64,000 nt of DNA from the NCBI GenBank assembly GCA_963765495.1, contig CAVXWP010000002.1, positions 32,001-96,000 of the forward strand, written 5' to 3'. Source of the DNA: Blastocatellia bacterium (GTDB lineage Bacteria > Acidobacteriota > Blastocatellia > UBA7656). The notes below the pieces were generated by a model that was given only the letters and a program-made list of their open reading frames with translations, was not told the DNA's origin and made no database searches. A program made the position numbers and the translations under genes. Below, piece by piece: positions 1 through 9,867 of this stretch; the first letter of the stretch is position 1, and every line of letters begins with the position of its first letter.

Positions 1-477
1 TAGAGCCAAAGGAGACTCAGATTTTGAACTGTTTGCTAATGCTTTTGGATGTATACCTATACCTAACTGATTGTAGACCATCATTGGGCCATTATTTATA
101 GTTTCGGGGAAATCCAGTTCGACGCTAATATACGTCATTCGCTTTGGTGTCAAATTTTTAATACTGAATTGAAGATTCTCAATCCAATCTGCAGCTTCAC
201 CTCCTGCCTGTTTAGCTAACGAACTGAAACTAAATTTCTTTTTGAGATCAACCCGGGTGTTCTTTACCTTTAAGTTGGCAAATTGGAAGGGTTCATTAGG
301 AAATTCTTTTTTCTCAATGACTTTTTCATCTGATTGTCTCAATAAGGTTGATGTACTCGCTGTTACCGTAACATCACTTGGCCGCAATGCAAATCCAAAT
401 ATTGCTGAGAGGATACAGGCTAATACAACAATGAGGATCTTTTTGAATCGATCTAAGCTAGATTTTTGCATTATCAT
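1..477 (-). CDS. hypothetical secreted/membrane-anchored protein, runs off the left edge
   Basis: Hand translation MIMQKSSLDRFKKILIVVLACILSAIFGFAL... stays open to position 1; GGAGAGG RBS upstream; hydrophobic N-terminal segment. Not in the ORF track. Confidence 0.7.
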   Translation of the reverse strand, partial: MIMQKSSLDRFKKILIVVLACILSAIFGFALRPSDVTVTASTSTLLRQSDEKVIEKKEFPNEPFQFANLKVKNTRVDLKKKFSFSSLAKQAGGEAADWIENLQFSIKNLTPKRMTYISVELDFPETINNGPMMVYNQLGIGIHPKALANSSKSESPLAL

Positions 478-943
478 TTTGCGCCTCTCCGTTAGCAGTT
501 ATCCGAATACCGAGAATAGGTTTCTAAGACCATCAAACAATTTAATTGTAAGATGGGTTGATTGCCATAACTATAGTGTGAGGCTAGCGATTATTACCAC
601 AATTGTTTATATCTGTCAAAGAAAAATTCAATTAGCTTTCAGTATTTTGTATTAATAAGGATATGCAGGTTCTGTATTGCGGTCAAATATTATGGAAGTT
701 CTCTCGATTACAGGAGTATTTATTGGACTGCTGGCAGGTATTTTGTGCAGGAAGACCTATGCTGCTTAATCTTCTAATGCACCTTGCTGGTAATGAACAA
801 TTAGGTACAATGCCAGTCAGACCAAATTGATCTAGCAAGCGAGCAGTTGCGGCGATGGGTCTGTTGTCTCGACAGGTGACTTGCCGCGATGTTCTGCCTT
901 TCAATTCATGATCAGACCTTGAACTTCCTCGCCCCGTCAGAAG

Positions 944-1028
944 GCCTAACCTTGGCATTCAGCGGACCCGCATTCCAACATCGCATTATCCCTTTGCTGC
1001 TGGCGGGCCGCTGATGCCTGCGTTAGGC
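944..1028 (+). repeat. attC site 1
   Basis: GCCTAAC..GGCATTCAGCGG/CCGCTGATGCC..GTTAGGC. Confidence 0.9.
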
Positions 1029-1260
1029 TCGCTCAGGACTAACCACGTCAGCGGTATGGATAATTCTAAGGAAATCTGATTCTTCCGTTAAAGCCTGACA
1101 ACGGACGATGCTCTGATTTATCTACCTTAGATTAGCTCTTGATCTTCCGTACATCTATTGAGCAATTAGACTATTTCCTGCAATACTACTCTCTATAATC
1201 GAATGCGCATGCAGATCATCAGTAAATTGGCTAATTTGGAGATTACCAAAGGAGAAGTCA

Positions 1261-1884
1261 ATGAACTTAGACCCAATAACGACTGCCTTAACTAAGGGTG
1301 GAGTAGAAGAAGGCGTAAAGGCCGCAAAACCTCTTTTGGAGAAGCTTTGCGGGCCAGCGTTGGAGGAACTCGGTTTGCTCCTACAGGATCGAGCACGTGT
1401 ATATCGCTTGAAGAATCAATTGCGTATTTTGAGCAAGGTACAAATTATGCTGCGAGAAGCAGGGACCACTGTGCAAGCAGTCCCACTACGTACTTTACTG
1501 CCTCTTCTTGAAGGTGCAGCTCTCGAAGATAGTAAAATGTTGTCTGACATGTGGGCCGGCCTACTTGCCAGCGCGGCTAGTTTCGGAGAGTCTGAATCCA
1601 TTCATCCAAGTTTTCCCAGAATTCTTAGCGAGCTAACACCACGTGAGGCCCATATATTGGATAAAGTCTATCAAGATGAGTTTGAGAAGATTTGGGAGCC
1701 ATTTCGCGAGGAGCTTGCAAACGAATTCGAAATCTCTCTTGATGAAGTAAATCAAGCACAAGGTAATTTATTCCGTTTAGGACTGTGCCATCTCTCAAGC
1801 AGTCCAAAGGGTACACTCCTCAAACTGAGCGCATTCGGTCGACAATTTCTCAAATCCGCATATGGTCCGATACAAAAGAGGTAA
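1261..1884 (+). CDS. Abi-alpha (DUF4393) family protein, cassette-borne
   Basis: PLLEGAALED..L.DMWAGLLASA..HPSFPRILSELTPREA.IL and C-terminal NL.RLGL..LSAFGRQF pattern; AGGAGA RBS. Confidence 0.8.
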   Translation: MNLDPITTALTKGGVEEGVKAAKPLLEKLCGPALEELGLLLQDRARVYRLKNQLRILSKVQIMLREAGTTVQAVPLRTLLPLLEGAALEDSKMLSDMWAGLLASAASFGESESIHPSFPRILSELTPREAHILDKVYQDEFEKIWEPFREELANEFEISLDEVNQAQGNLFRLGLCHLSSSPKGTLLKLSAFGRQFLKSAYGPIQKR

Positions 1885-1933
1885 ACAAAGAGAAGTAGGA
1901 AAAGAAAACTTGGATTATTCATCCTTCAAGCGA

Positions 1934-2018
1934 GCCTAACTGCTCAATCAACCGGACGCGCATTCCAACTATGCAGTTTCCCTCAACCGCCAGCGCGCCG
2001 GTTATCTCGGCGTTAGGC
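1934..2018 (+). repeat. attC site 2
   Basis: GCCTAAC..AACCGG/CCGGTT..GTTAGGC. Confidence 0.9.
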
Positions 2019-2410
2019 GTCAATCTCAAAAGCGACACTACTCAACAAGCAGTGATGCGTAAACTTCATCAGGTCAGATATCGTGAGGACAGCTACTTGC
2101 TCGCTTCTTATCCCTCTTTACCCGATACTGCTTTCTCCCGATCCAGACATTTCAGCACTGCTCAAAGATTAACCTGCATCTCAATGATTCCTTCGCAGTT
2201 GAATTGCCTGTTGAGGAATGTGGCAGAACAAACCTGATTGGCAATGACGAACTGGCACATCAATAGGCTTCCTCGACGATAGCCAGGAAAACCTGCCACA
2301 GAAAAGAAGGTAGCAACATGGAGAAATAGGAAAACTGTGCCGAAACAGGAGATGAGAAATGGAGGAATATGGTAAGCAAACAGGAAGAAGATGAAGCGGC
2401 GAAGGAATCC
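2019..2410. other. ORF-less cassette, paralogue A of a three-member family
   Basis: Bounded by attC sites; shares blocks with 17285-17638 and 17724-18101; no ORF common to the three. Confidence 0.75.
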
Positions 2411-2495
2411 GCCTAACTGCTCATTCCAGCGGACGCGCATTCCAACGATTCATTATCCCGAGGCTACTGGCGCGCCGCTGAACTCGTCGTTAGGC
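2411..2495 (+). repeat. attC site 3
   Basis: GCCTAACTGCTCATTCCAGCGGACGCGC..GCGCGCCGCTGAACTCGTCGTTAGGC. Confidence 0.9.
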
Positions 2496-2710
2496 TCACT
2501 CGGTCACCCGGAAAGACTTGGATTATTGAATCTGATAGTCCTTTCTTTTCCTTTGTGCTTGCAATACCTCAAAAGCCCTCGCCATTGATTACTCAGGCAA
2601 ATTTGTCTGCCTAACTCAATCTCACATCTTCCTAAAGGTCTTCCTATTCTCATTCTTCGTTTGAATTCTTATTGCGTTTTCCATTAACCTCATTCAAGGA
2701 GACTTCTTTT

Positions 2711-2953
2711 ATGAAAATTATTAGCTTCGTCTTTAATGCATCTCTCTTGATCATGGGTGTAATTCTTTTATCAATATACGGATTACGGACTCGTGATTTA
2801 TTTATTGCGTGTTTTTTGATGCTATCTGTCGCAACGCCTGTTGTCACATTGTTTGCATTATACCTTGATAAAGCCCCTTCATGGCTATCGCTTTACTTCA
2901 AACGAAAAGCAGAAGAAGAAAAACAAAGAATAAGAGAACTTGGAAGCACTTAG
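2711..2953 (+). CDS. small two-TM membrane protein, cassette-borne
   Basis: Two hydrophobic segments then a charged tail; stop just before attC4; AAGGAG upstream. Confidence 0.65.
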   Translation: MKIISFVFNASLLIMGVILLSIYGLRTRDLFIACFLMLSVATPVVTLFALYLDKAPSWLSLYFKRKAEEEKQRIRELGST

Positions 2954-2964
2954 AACTGGACTCA

Positions 2965-3049
2965 GCCTAACTGCTCATTCCAGCGGACGCGCGTGCCAAC
3001 CGCTCGCGTTCCACCAGCTACCGGCGCGCCGCTGAACTCGTCGTTAGGC
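2965..3049 (+). repeat. attC site 4
   Basis: Main attC family. Confidence 0.9.
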
Positions 3050-3308
3050 TCGCGTGCGCACAGCAAGCAATCGCCTATATTCGCTCGCAATCTTCTCTGA
3101 TCTGTATTACACTGACCACCGATGTCAGGAAAGCGGGCTGATTCGGCCTACAGGCCGACAATGCCAAGATGTTTGTTTATGCAATAACCTGATGGTTTAT
3201 GGAAGAACAAACTTGTTTGTCCATAGAGAAACTTGTTTATGAATGAAAAAACTTGGCTTGTGGGTCTATTTCATGGTTGGGCCGCCTTCAATCTCTAACT
3301 AGGTACTT

Positions 3309-4091
3309 ATGACCTTCAGGATCAGACTCTTTGTGGTCTTATTGATTGCAGGCTTCACAGGCCCTCTCTCATTCCTTCTCGTCGACCTATCGGAACTCCT
3401 GGCCGTTTTGCCGGTAACGGAGAGCGCAAGAATGCCATTCTCTCCTTTATCACTAAAACTATTGAGCCTGATTCAACCCACAGTCCTTCTATCGCTCGCG
3501 GTATTTGTCGGAGTCTCACTGGCTCCGAAGGTCGGCCTATTTACGCCGGCGTTCGAAGCGTGGGCGCGACGCGATAATTTCATGACAGCCCTGAATCCGC
3601 AAATCATTCCGGGCTTGATTGGCGGTGCAGTTGGCGGCGTTGCAGTCATTTTGGGCTGGGTCCTGGCGAAACCATTTCTGCCACCGGAGTTTGTTATGCG
3701 CGCAGTGGAGTTAAACCGAGTACTCCCGGTTCCAACTCGGCTGCTTTACGGAGGCATCACCGAAGAATTACTGCTGCGGTGGGGAGTGCTGACCTTTTTG
3801 GTGTGGGCCGCGTGGCGACTCTTTCAGAAACGGCAAGGCCAGCCACGAGGCGTTTACTTCGTCAGCGCAATTGTAATCTCGTCCGTCATTTTTGGTTTAG
3901 GTCATCTACCACTTGTAGTCGCGCTCGGTAGCGACTTCACGGCGGCGATAGTCTTGTACATCGTCTCCGCGAATTCAGTATTCGGTTTGATAGCCGGATA
4001 TCTCTATTGGCGCAAAGGGCTGGAAGCCGCCATTGTGGCTCACATGATGGCTCATGTCGTGATAGTGTCGGCGAGTTATTTCGAGAGGTGA
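3309..4091 (+). CDS. CPBP (CAAX protease/Abi) intramembrane metalloprotease
   Basis: EELLLR, FGLGH and AHMMAH motifs in a multi-TM protein. Confidence 0.9.
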   Translation: MTFRIRLFVVLLIAGFTGPLSFLLVDLSELLAVLPVTESARMPFSPLSLKLLSLIQPTVLLSLAVFVGVSLAPKVGLFTPAFEAWARRDNFMTALNPQIIPGLIGGAVGGVAVILGWVLAKPFLPPEFVMRAVELNRVLPVPTRLLYGGITEELLLRWGVLTFLVWAAWRLFQKRQGQPRGVYFVSAIVISSVIFGLGHLPLVVALGSDFTAAIVLYIVSANSVFGLIAGYLYWRKGLEAAIVAHMMAHVVIVSASYFER

Positions 4092-4182
4092 GGAGCCGTA
4101 GTGTGGCCGGGGTTGCGGTCACTGTTGGGGTCTTCGGTTGCGAAAGCGTCGGCGGCTGGCTATCGGCGGTGACTTCAACGCG

Positions 4183-4274
4183 GCCCAACTCCCGCGTGGA
4201 CCGAAGCGACGCGATCCAGTTTTGACGTGAACCTTGAGCGTTACACGCGTCGCTCGGTCACGCAAACGTTAGGC
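4183..4274 (+). repeat. attC site 5 (divergent family)
   Basis: GCCCAAC..GCGTGGACCGAAGCGACGCG/CGCGTCGCTCGGTCACGC..GTTAGGC. Confidence 0.85.
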
Positions 4275-4460
4275 TCGCTCGGTGACTACGAAAACACTGA
4301 TTGGGGCAATCCAAAGTATTTTCCGTTTTTCAATCTCCTTAAGAAATAGTGATTGAATATCTGGCTTATTCTTCGTAGAATCATAGCTCTTTCGTATGCT
4401 TACAAGGCTCTTGGGCATCTGACGACCTCCAAATGCCTTGAACAGCCAGAAGAGTTTAAT

Positions 4461-5237
4461 ATGGTGGATTGGATTTGGAAACGTCTAGCAGTACATCCAC
4501 AAGACATTCTCGGCGCTGCACACACAATTGATGTAGGTTCGGGAAGATTTGTGTTTGATTTGATTCCTAATTGGACAAGTGCCGAAGCATATTTATCCTG
4601 GGCCAAGAATGCATTAATTCAAAATGATGAGTTTGGATGGGATGCAGCAGTTTGCTATGCGAAACGTGCAGCCTGCCGACAAATTGATGCTTTTATTGTT
4701 ACCAACCATTTGGGCAATTTCTCTAGGAGGCCGTACCCAGAAAAAATGGAATTACTTTCTCAGATAGGATTAGCAGTCCCCGATATACTCCATGAATTGA
4801 TAATCGAGCCACGTAATGAAATCGAGCATAGATATGAGGCAACCACTTCTGGTCAAGCCAAGCGGTCTGTAGAACTTGCAGATTTATTTCTTCGAGCATT
4901 TTCGGAAGAAATGGAGCATAAACCCATCATTTCATTCGGGTGGTCAATCAGCATTCGGGCCGAATCTATGTCTACGCCGGATATTGAATACGAACACATT
5001 GAATTCAAACTGACTCATCGAAATTCCCCCATGCTGCTGATCACCTGTTGGGAAGAGAGTCCTCAGGTAATGATAATCCATCCCAAAGATGAAGAACTAA
5101 TGATTTCACCTCTTAGACTCTTCAATAAGAATGAAGCAATAGAGTTAGCAAGTTTGTTGAGAACGCACGAGAGGTACTCAGGTTGGCAACTTAAAACAGA
5201 ATGGATTACAAAGCTCAAACAGGATTTGAGTTTATAG
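4461..5237 (+). CDS. hypothetical protein with HEPN-like Rx4H motif
   Basis: RNEIEH at 4812-4829 within a helical N-terminal half; fills the cassette. Start is uncertain (ORF open from 4353). Confidence 0.6.
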   Translation: MVDWIWKRLAVHPQDILGAAHTIDVGSGRFVFDLIPNWTSAEAYLSWAKNALIQNDEFGWDAAVCYAKRAACRQIDAFIVTNHLGNFSRRPYPEKMELLSQIGLAVPDILHELIIEPRNEIEHRYEATTSGQAKRSVELADLFLRAFSEEMEHKPIISFGWSISIRAESMSTPDIEYEHIEFKLTHRNSPMLLITCWEESPQVMIIHPKDEELMISPLRLFNKNEAIELASLLRTHERYSGWQLKTEWITKLKQDLSL

Positions 5238-5329
5238 GAGCTGAAGACATCTCAACAAGAATCGAAAGCGTATAGGACCGAAAAGAGCAATCGTGTATTT
5301 GGATGGATTTAGAATAGACAAGGGAGGCA

Positions 5330-5414
5330 GCCTAACTGCTCATTCCAGCGGACGCGCATACCAACGTTTCGTGTTCCATCAACTACCAGCGCGCCGCTGA
5401 ATTCGTCGTTAGGC
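5330..5414 (+). repeat. attC site 6
   Basis: Main attC family. Confidence 0.9.
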
Positions 5415-5462
5415 TCACTCAGTCGCCTCGTCATCTATTCACTATCAGTGTATTATCTTCAT

Positions 5463-6185
5463 ATGAAGCTTCCAGTCATTCAGGGCATTATTGACCGTCG
5501 TATCTTGGTTAACTATCAGGTTGAGCCAAGTATCTTGACTAGCCTTCTTCCTCCTCCCTTTCAACCCAAACTTATCAACAATGTCGGCATTGCTGGTGTT
5601 TGCCTTATTCGCCTCAAAAATATTAGGCCCCATTTCATGCCCTCCCCCTTTGGCCTGACTTCTGAAAATGCTGCCTATCGATTCGCTGTACAATGGAAAG
5701 AAGAGAATACATTTCGTGAAGGCGTCTATATTCCCCGACGAGATACTTCTTCTCGACTCAATACTGTTGCCGGAGGTCGATTATTCCCAGGTGTTTATCA
5801 CCATGCAAATTTCCTAGTCATTGAGCAACCAACCCGTTTTCAAGTTGAACTAAAAAGCGATGATGGTAAGACGCATTTGTGTGTAAAGGGGCATACCTGT
5901 TCAGACATCCCTGATTCTTCGATGTTTCGGTCACTGGCCGAGGCATCCAACTTTTTTGAGACAGGGTCATTGGGATATTCAGCAACATCACAACCCGGGA
6001 AGTATGAAGGGATGGAGTTGCGGAGTTTCAATTGGAAAGTTGAACCATTGGCAATTGAAGAAGTGAGGTCGAGTTACTTTGAAAATAGAGAAATCTTCCC
6101 AGAAGGGACAGTGAAGTTTGACTGTGCGCTATTGATGCGAGAGATTACACATGAGTGGCACACGCGAGAACCGATAAGTGTTTGA
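5463..6185 (+). CDS. DUF2071 (YqjF-like) protein
   Basis: MKLPVIQGIIDRRILVNY..LPPPFQPK..GVCLIRL..GVYIPRRDT..GGRLFPG pattern. Confidence 0.8.
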   Translation: MKLPVIQGIIDRRILVNYQVEPSILTSLLPPPFQPKLINNVGIAGVCLIRLKNIRPHFMPSPFGLTSENAAYRFAVQWKEENTFREGVYIPRRDTSSRLNTVAGGRLFPGVYHHANFLVIEQPTRFQVELKSDDGKTHLCVKGHTCSDIPDSSMFRSLAEASNFFETGSLGYSATSQPGKYEGMELRSFNWKVEPLAIEEVRSSYFENREIFPEGTVKFDCALLMREITHEWHTREPISV

Positions 6186-6238
6186 AAAGTGTGGGTAAAA
6201 TTCCCTCAATCAGATGAAGAATGTTGGCCCTGGCCAGA

Positions 6239-6323
6239 GCCTAACTGCTCATTCCAGCGGACGCGCTTGCCACCTCATCATTATCCCGCTGCTACCAGCG
6301 CGCCGCTGAATTCGTTGTTAGGC
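6239..6323 (+). repeat. attC site 7
   Basis: Main attC family. Confidence 0.9.
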
Positions 6324-6540
6324 TCTCGCTGTGATAACCGGAACCCTGATATGGAAAATCTACAGATTATCAATTTCTTTCAGCCAGATAGAACTTGCAC
6401 ATTTGATTAGATGAACTATTCGAAGTAGAATCATCTCGCTTTCTGGTATTCCTTTGGCAAGTTGGGTGGTTATCAAAATCTTTGTTGGCCGCGCAACTTT
6501 GTCTGTGATTGTTTATGACTGCTTCAAGGAGATCTTCTTC

Positions 6541-6936
6541 ATGGCTAGAGTCTTAGGTGTTGGCGGTATCTTCTTCAAATCACCTGATCCAGAGAAACTA
6601 TATCAATGGTATGAGCGTTGGCTTGGCTTTAAGGCAGAACCACAATCAGGCTTTGGATTCCAACCGCACGACATGCCCAAGCATAGCCTAACCGTATGGA
6701 GCGCCTTTGAATCCTCAACGAAGTACTTCTCTCCTTCTGCAAAAGAGTTCATGTTCAACTTGGTTGTGGATGATTTGAGAGAGGCACTCACTCAGGTGGA
6801 GGAAGGCGGTGCCCAGATCATCGGCGTAATAGAGGAATACGAATACGGAAAATTTGGATGGTTTATGGACCCGGATGGGAACAAAGTGGAACTTTGGGAG
6901 CCACCAACTGACGAGCAAAAAACTCTTAAGCCATAG
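6541..6936 (+). CDS. VOC/glyoxalase family protein
   Basis: RVLGVGGIFFKS.DP..L..WY...LG and YGKFGWFMDPDGNKVELWEP. Confidence 0.92.
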   Translation: MARVLGVGGIFFKSPDPEKLYQWYERWLGFKAEPQSGFGFQPHDMPKHSLTVWSAFESSTKYFSPSAKEFMFNLVVDDLREALTQVEEGGAQIIGVIEEYEYGKFGWFMDPDGNKVELWEPPTDEQKTLKP

Positions 6937-7002
6937 TCCGTGGCTAAGGCGACAGAAAAGCGGATGATTCATAATTCATGAGATGTAATCGCCCAGGGTG
7001 TA

Positions 7003-7087
7003 GCCTAACTGCTCATTCCAGCGGACGCGCGTGCCAACTACTCATTATCCCGAGGCTACCGGCGCGCCGCTGAACTCGTCGTTAGGC
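7003..7087 (+). repeat. attC site 8
   Basis: Main attC family. Confidence 0.9.
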
Positions 7088-7166
7088 TCTTTCATAAACC
7101 ATCGTAGAATTCCTTCATTAATAAAGCCATTACTTTGTTAATTGCCTATCAAAATTCTTTCACGAC

Positions 7167-7194
7167 TTGCAACCCATTTGGCAATATGTAAAAT
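7167..7194 (+). promoter_or_regulatory. putative sigma70 promoter of the nuclease-NTPase cassette
   Basis: TTGCAA-16 nt-TAAAAT; lies about 35 nt upstream of the start codon once the IS at 7210-8852 is removed. Confidence 0.4.
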
Positions 7195-7209
7195 AAAGTT
7201 CCGGAATGA

Positions 7210-8852
7210 CAGCGATTCCCGGTGAGGAGATAGGTATCTGACTCAATAAGTCGCTCAACTTACAAAAGACAAACCCTTCTCATCGCTCCAAGTCTCTGGA
7301 CGCCTGTTTTCACTTCCTTTCCTTTCTGTTTGTTTCTTCTTTCTCCTCCTCTTCCTCTCTGTTGGATGGTTCTCTTTTGGCCGCTCCCTTGCCCCGGCCT
7401 GGGCTTCCTCTTTATCCACTATCTTCTTCCAACTCTGGATCATACTCTGCAAGCAACTGTGCCCAACTCTCTACCAAGAATCTGTGAAAACAGTATTTCA
7501 ATTCCTGCCACATCTCTCTCAATGTCCATTTCTCTCTCAGCTTACGGTAGGTTCTATCGCTTCTCTCCAACACTTTGTGCACCACGAAGGCCAGCAGATT
7601 CAGATAGTAGAAGACCTCACTCAAGCTCTTGCTTCCGTGTCCGAAGTTATGCTCCAACTCATAGCCTCCGTTTTTGTGTATGTTGAAATGCTCGTTTTCT
7701 ATCTTCCATCTCCCTCTTCCTATCCAGATTATTTCCGAAACATTCTCTGAGGTAACTTCAAGATTTGTCACCCAGGTCGAGTGATAGATTTGCCTGCCTT
7801 CTTTGTTTGTTTCCCACACTTCTATAAAGGTCACCCAATTCTTACGAGCCTGACTCATCGGCATCTCCCGTACAATTCTCCATCTGAAATACCTTCGCTT
7901 GGCTTTGGGTCCTTCCTGCCAATTACCTCGCTCGACCCACTCTCCTACAGCTTCTGCTTCTTCTACCCACTCGAAGGTCTCTTTGTGCGAGGTGGGTTTA
8001 ACTGATAGCAAAAAAGGCAGTTGCAACTCATTGAGTTGCTCGATCAAGGGTTCTGATGAAAAGATCGCATCGCCAAGGATCAACATATCGAGTTTGGGAT
8101 GCTCTCGACGCAGGCGTGCAAGCAATCGCTTTGCTGCATTGATCTCACAGTCCTGTTTGGCTTGGCCGTCAGTGTTTCTTATAGGCTCGGCATCTATTGG
8201 CAAGATAGAGTGCGTTCGGCTCTTGAAGAGAGTCGCCGCCAAGATAGAATGACGGTAGCAGACAGAGCCGTCATCCGTTGTGCGACGAAGACAGCCCGGA
8301 CAGTTGATAGCTGTTGAAGAGAAGTAATCCGTGCCATCTATAGCCACCGGGTAGAATCGTTTACCCAAAGCCAAAGACGTGCGCCAGTCCCAGACCCAGC
8401 CCGAACGGCGGTAACGCTGAAAGATCAAGGCAAGCAAGCGACGAAGAGGCTCTGTGTCAGCGCCATCGAGAATCTCGCGCAATTGAGTATCAGAGGGAAC
8501 CGCTTTAACGCCGAAGATAGTTTCGAGATTGCAGCGCCCCTTTCTTTGTTTGAGCCGATGCTGAAAATGAAGCAAGGAAGGATGATGAAAAAAGAAGATA
8601 GCAAAGGCCGAAAGTATAGAGTCGCGCAGAGAGTAGTTGATGCGCTGAGGATTACGGCGATCAGCGAGACGTTCAAAAGTGCGCGAAAGCAAAGCGACGA
8701 CAGATTCAAAAGAGAGATGAATAGGAGTACGCATAGGCAAATCTTGCCGCTAACTCGTCGGCAAGCCAAGTCAGAATGAAGGAAAAGTTCGCAATTTGAT
8801 CTTTTACAAAGTGGCAGGGTTGTTGTACTTCTCCTCAAACCGGGAATTGCTG
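7210..8852 (-). mobile_element. ISNCY-like insertion sequence
   Basis: Imperfect TIRs CAGCGATTCCCGGT.. / ..ACCGGGAATTGCTG; 9-bp TSD CCGGAATGA at 7201-7209 and 8853-8861. Confidence 0.9.
7412..8740 (-). CDS. DDE transposase (ISNCY-like)
   Basis: AIDGT, LGDAIF and GRGRWKIENEHFN..KNGGY.LEHNFGHG motifs. Confidence 0.9.
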   Translation of the reverse strand: MPMRTPIHLSFESVVALLSRTFERLADRRNPQRINYSLRDSILSAFAIFFFHHPSLLHFQHRLKQRKGRCNLETIFGVKAVPSDTQLREILDGADTEPLRRLLALIFQRYRRSGWVWDWRTSLALGKRFYPVAIDGTDYFSSTAINCPGCLRRTTDDGSVCYRHSILAATLFKSRTHSILPIDAEPIRNTDGQAKQDCEINAAKRLLARLRREHPKLDMLILGDAIFSSEPLIEQLNELQLPFLLSVKPTSHKETFEWVEEAEAVGEWVERGNWQEGPKAKRRYFRWRIVREMPMSQARKNWVTFIEVWETNKEGRQIYHSTWVTNLEVTSENVSEIIWIGRGRWKIENEHFNIHKNGGYELEHNFGHGSKSLSEVFYYLNLLAFVVHKVLERSDRTYRKLREKWTLREMWQELKYCFHRFLVESWAQLLAEYDPELEEDSG

Positions 8853-9867
8853 CCGGAATGATGGTCTACAGATAGGAGTAGAATGACTGGTATACAATGG
8901 GAAAAACTGACTCCGCGCCAATTTGAGGAGTTCGTTCACAGGCTTGTTGAGGCTATGAACTTTGAAGCGGTCACTTATTGGGGAGGTCCAGGTGATCGAG
9001 GCAGGGATATCGTTGCTTACCAGCCACCAAGTATCCCTGGTATTCGCCCAGCAAGCCGAAAATGGATTTTTCAATGCAAACGTTGTAAGCGATTAACCCA
9101 ATCCGAAATCAATAATGAGCTATCCAATTTCATCTCAGATGATATTGATACTTGGATACTTGTCACTACAGTCAGTCCTTCGCCTGGCTTAAGAAGATGG
9201 TTTGAAAAATTGGACAAATCAGTTAATTATCATTTTCATGTGGAAGCGTGGTGGAGAGAGGAAATAGAAGGTTATGCTCGGAAGTATGGGCGAGCACTCT
9301 TAAACAGCCTCCCCTCAGATGTATTGACTCTTCTGGATCTTCCCAAAGAGCTAGATTTGCTGACCCAGGTGGGGTTGATACCCTTACAGCAAGATGCCGT
9401 GACATAACGAACTCTCAAGTAGAGCGATTCGCTAAGGGGAAGTATATTCCGAAGCTTTATATTCGCAGACAACTCCAGGAAAGACTGACTCTATTTCATA
9501 GTTCGGAGGCTGAGCTAGCTAAATTGCTCAAGTCAAATAGTATACACTCAATAAAGGAGGAGATATTACAAATTGAAGATTATTTGAAATCCTTTCCATT
9601 GAAAGGTGTAGAAAAAGAAAGAGGGCACGAGCATCCGGTTATTCAAGAAGCAAGACCGCCTGATTTTAGGAGTGAAGTTGATTTTCTAAACAGTTTATTT
9701 AGTCGATCAAAAAACTGGATTAATAAACTGGTCCAGTCTGTTAATCTCCTACTTGAAACTGCGCAGGCTCTTTCGGAGTCTGTTTATTTCGATAAACAAG
9801 GCGACCATTTAAGATTATGCGAACGTATAAATGCTGTTGTATCCGTTTTGAAGTCCATGCCTAAGAC

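Noticed and set aside
242-655. 137-aa + strand ORF
   Set aside because: Antisense shadow of the minus-strand gene at 1-477, which has an RBS and a signal-like N terminus.
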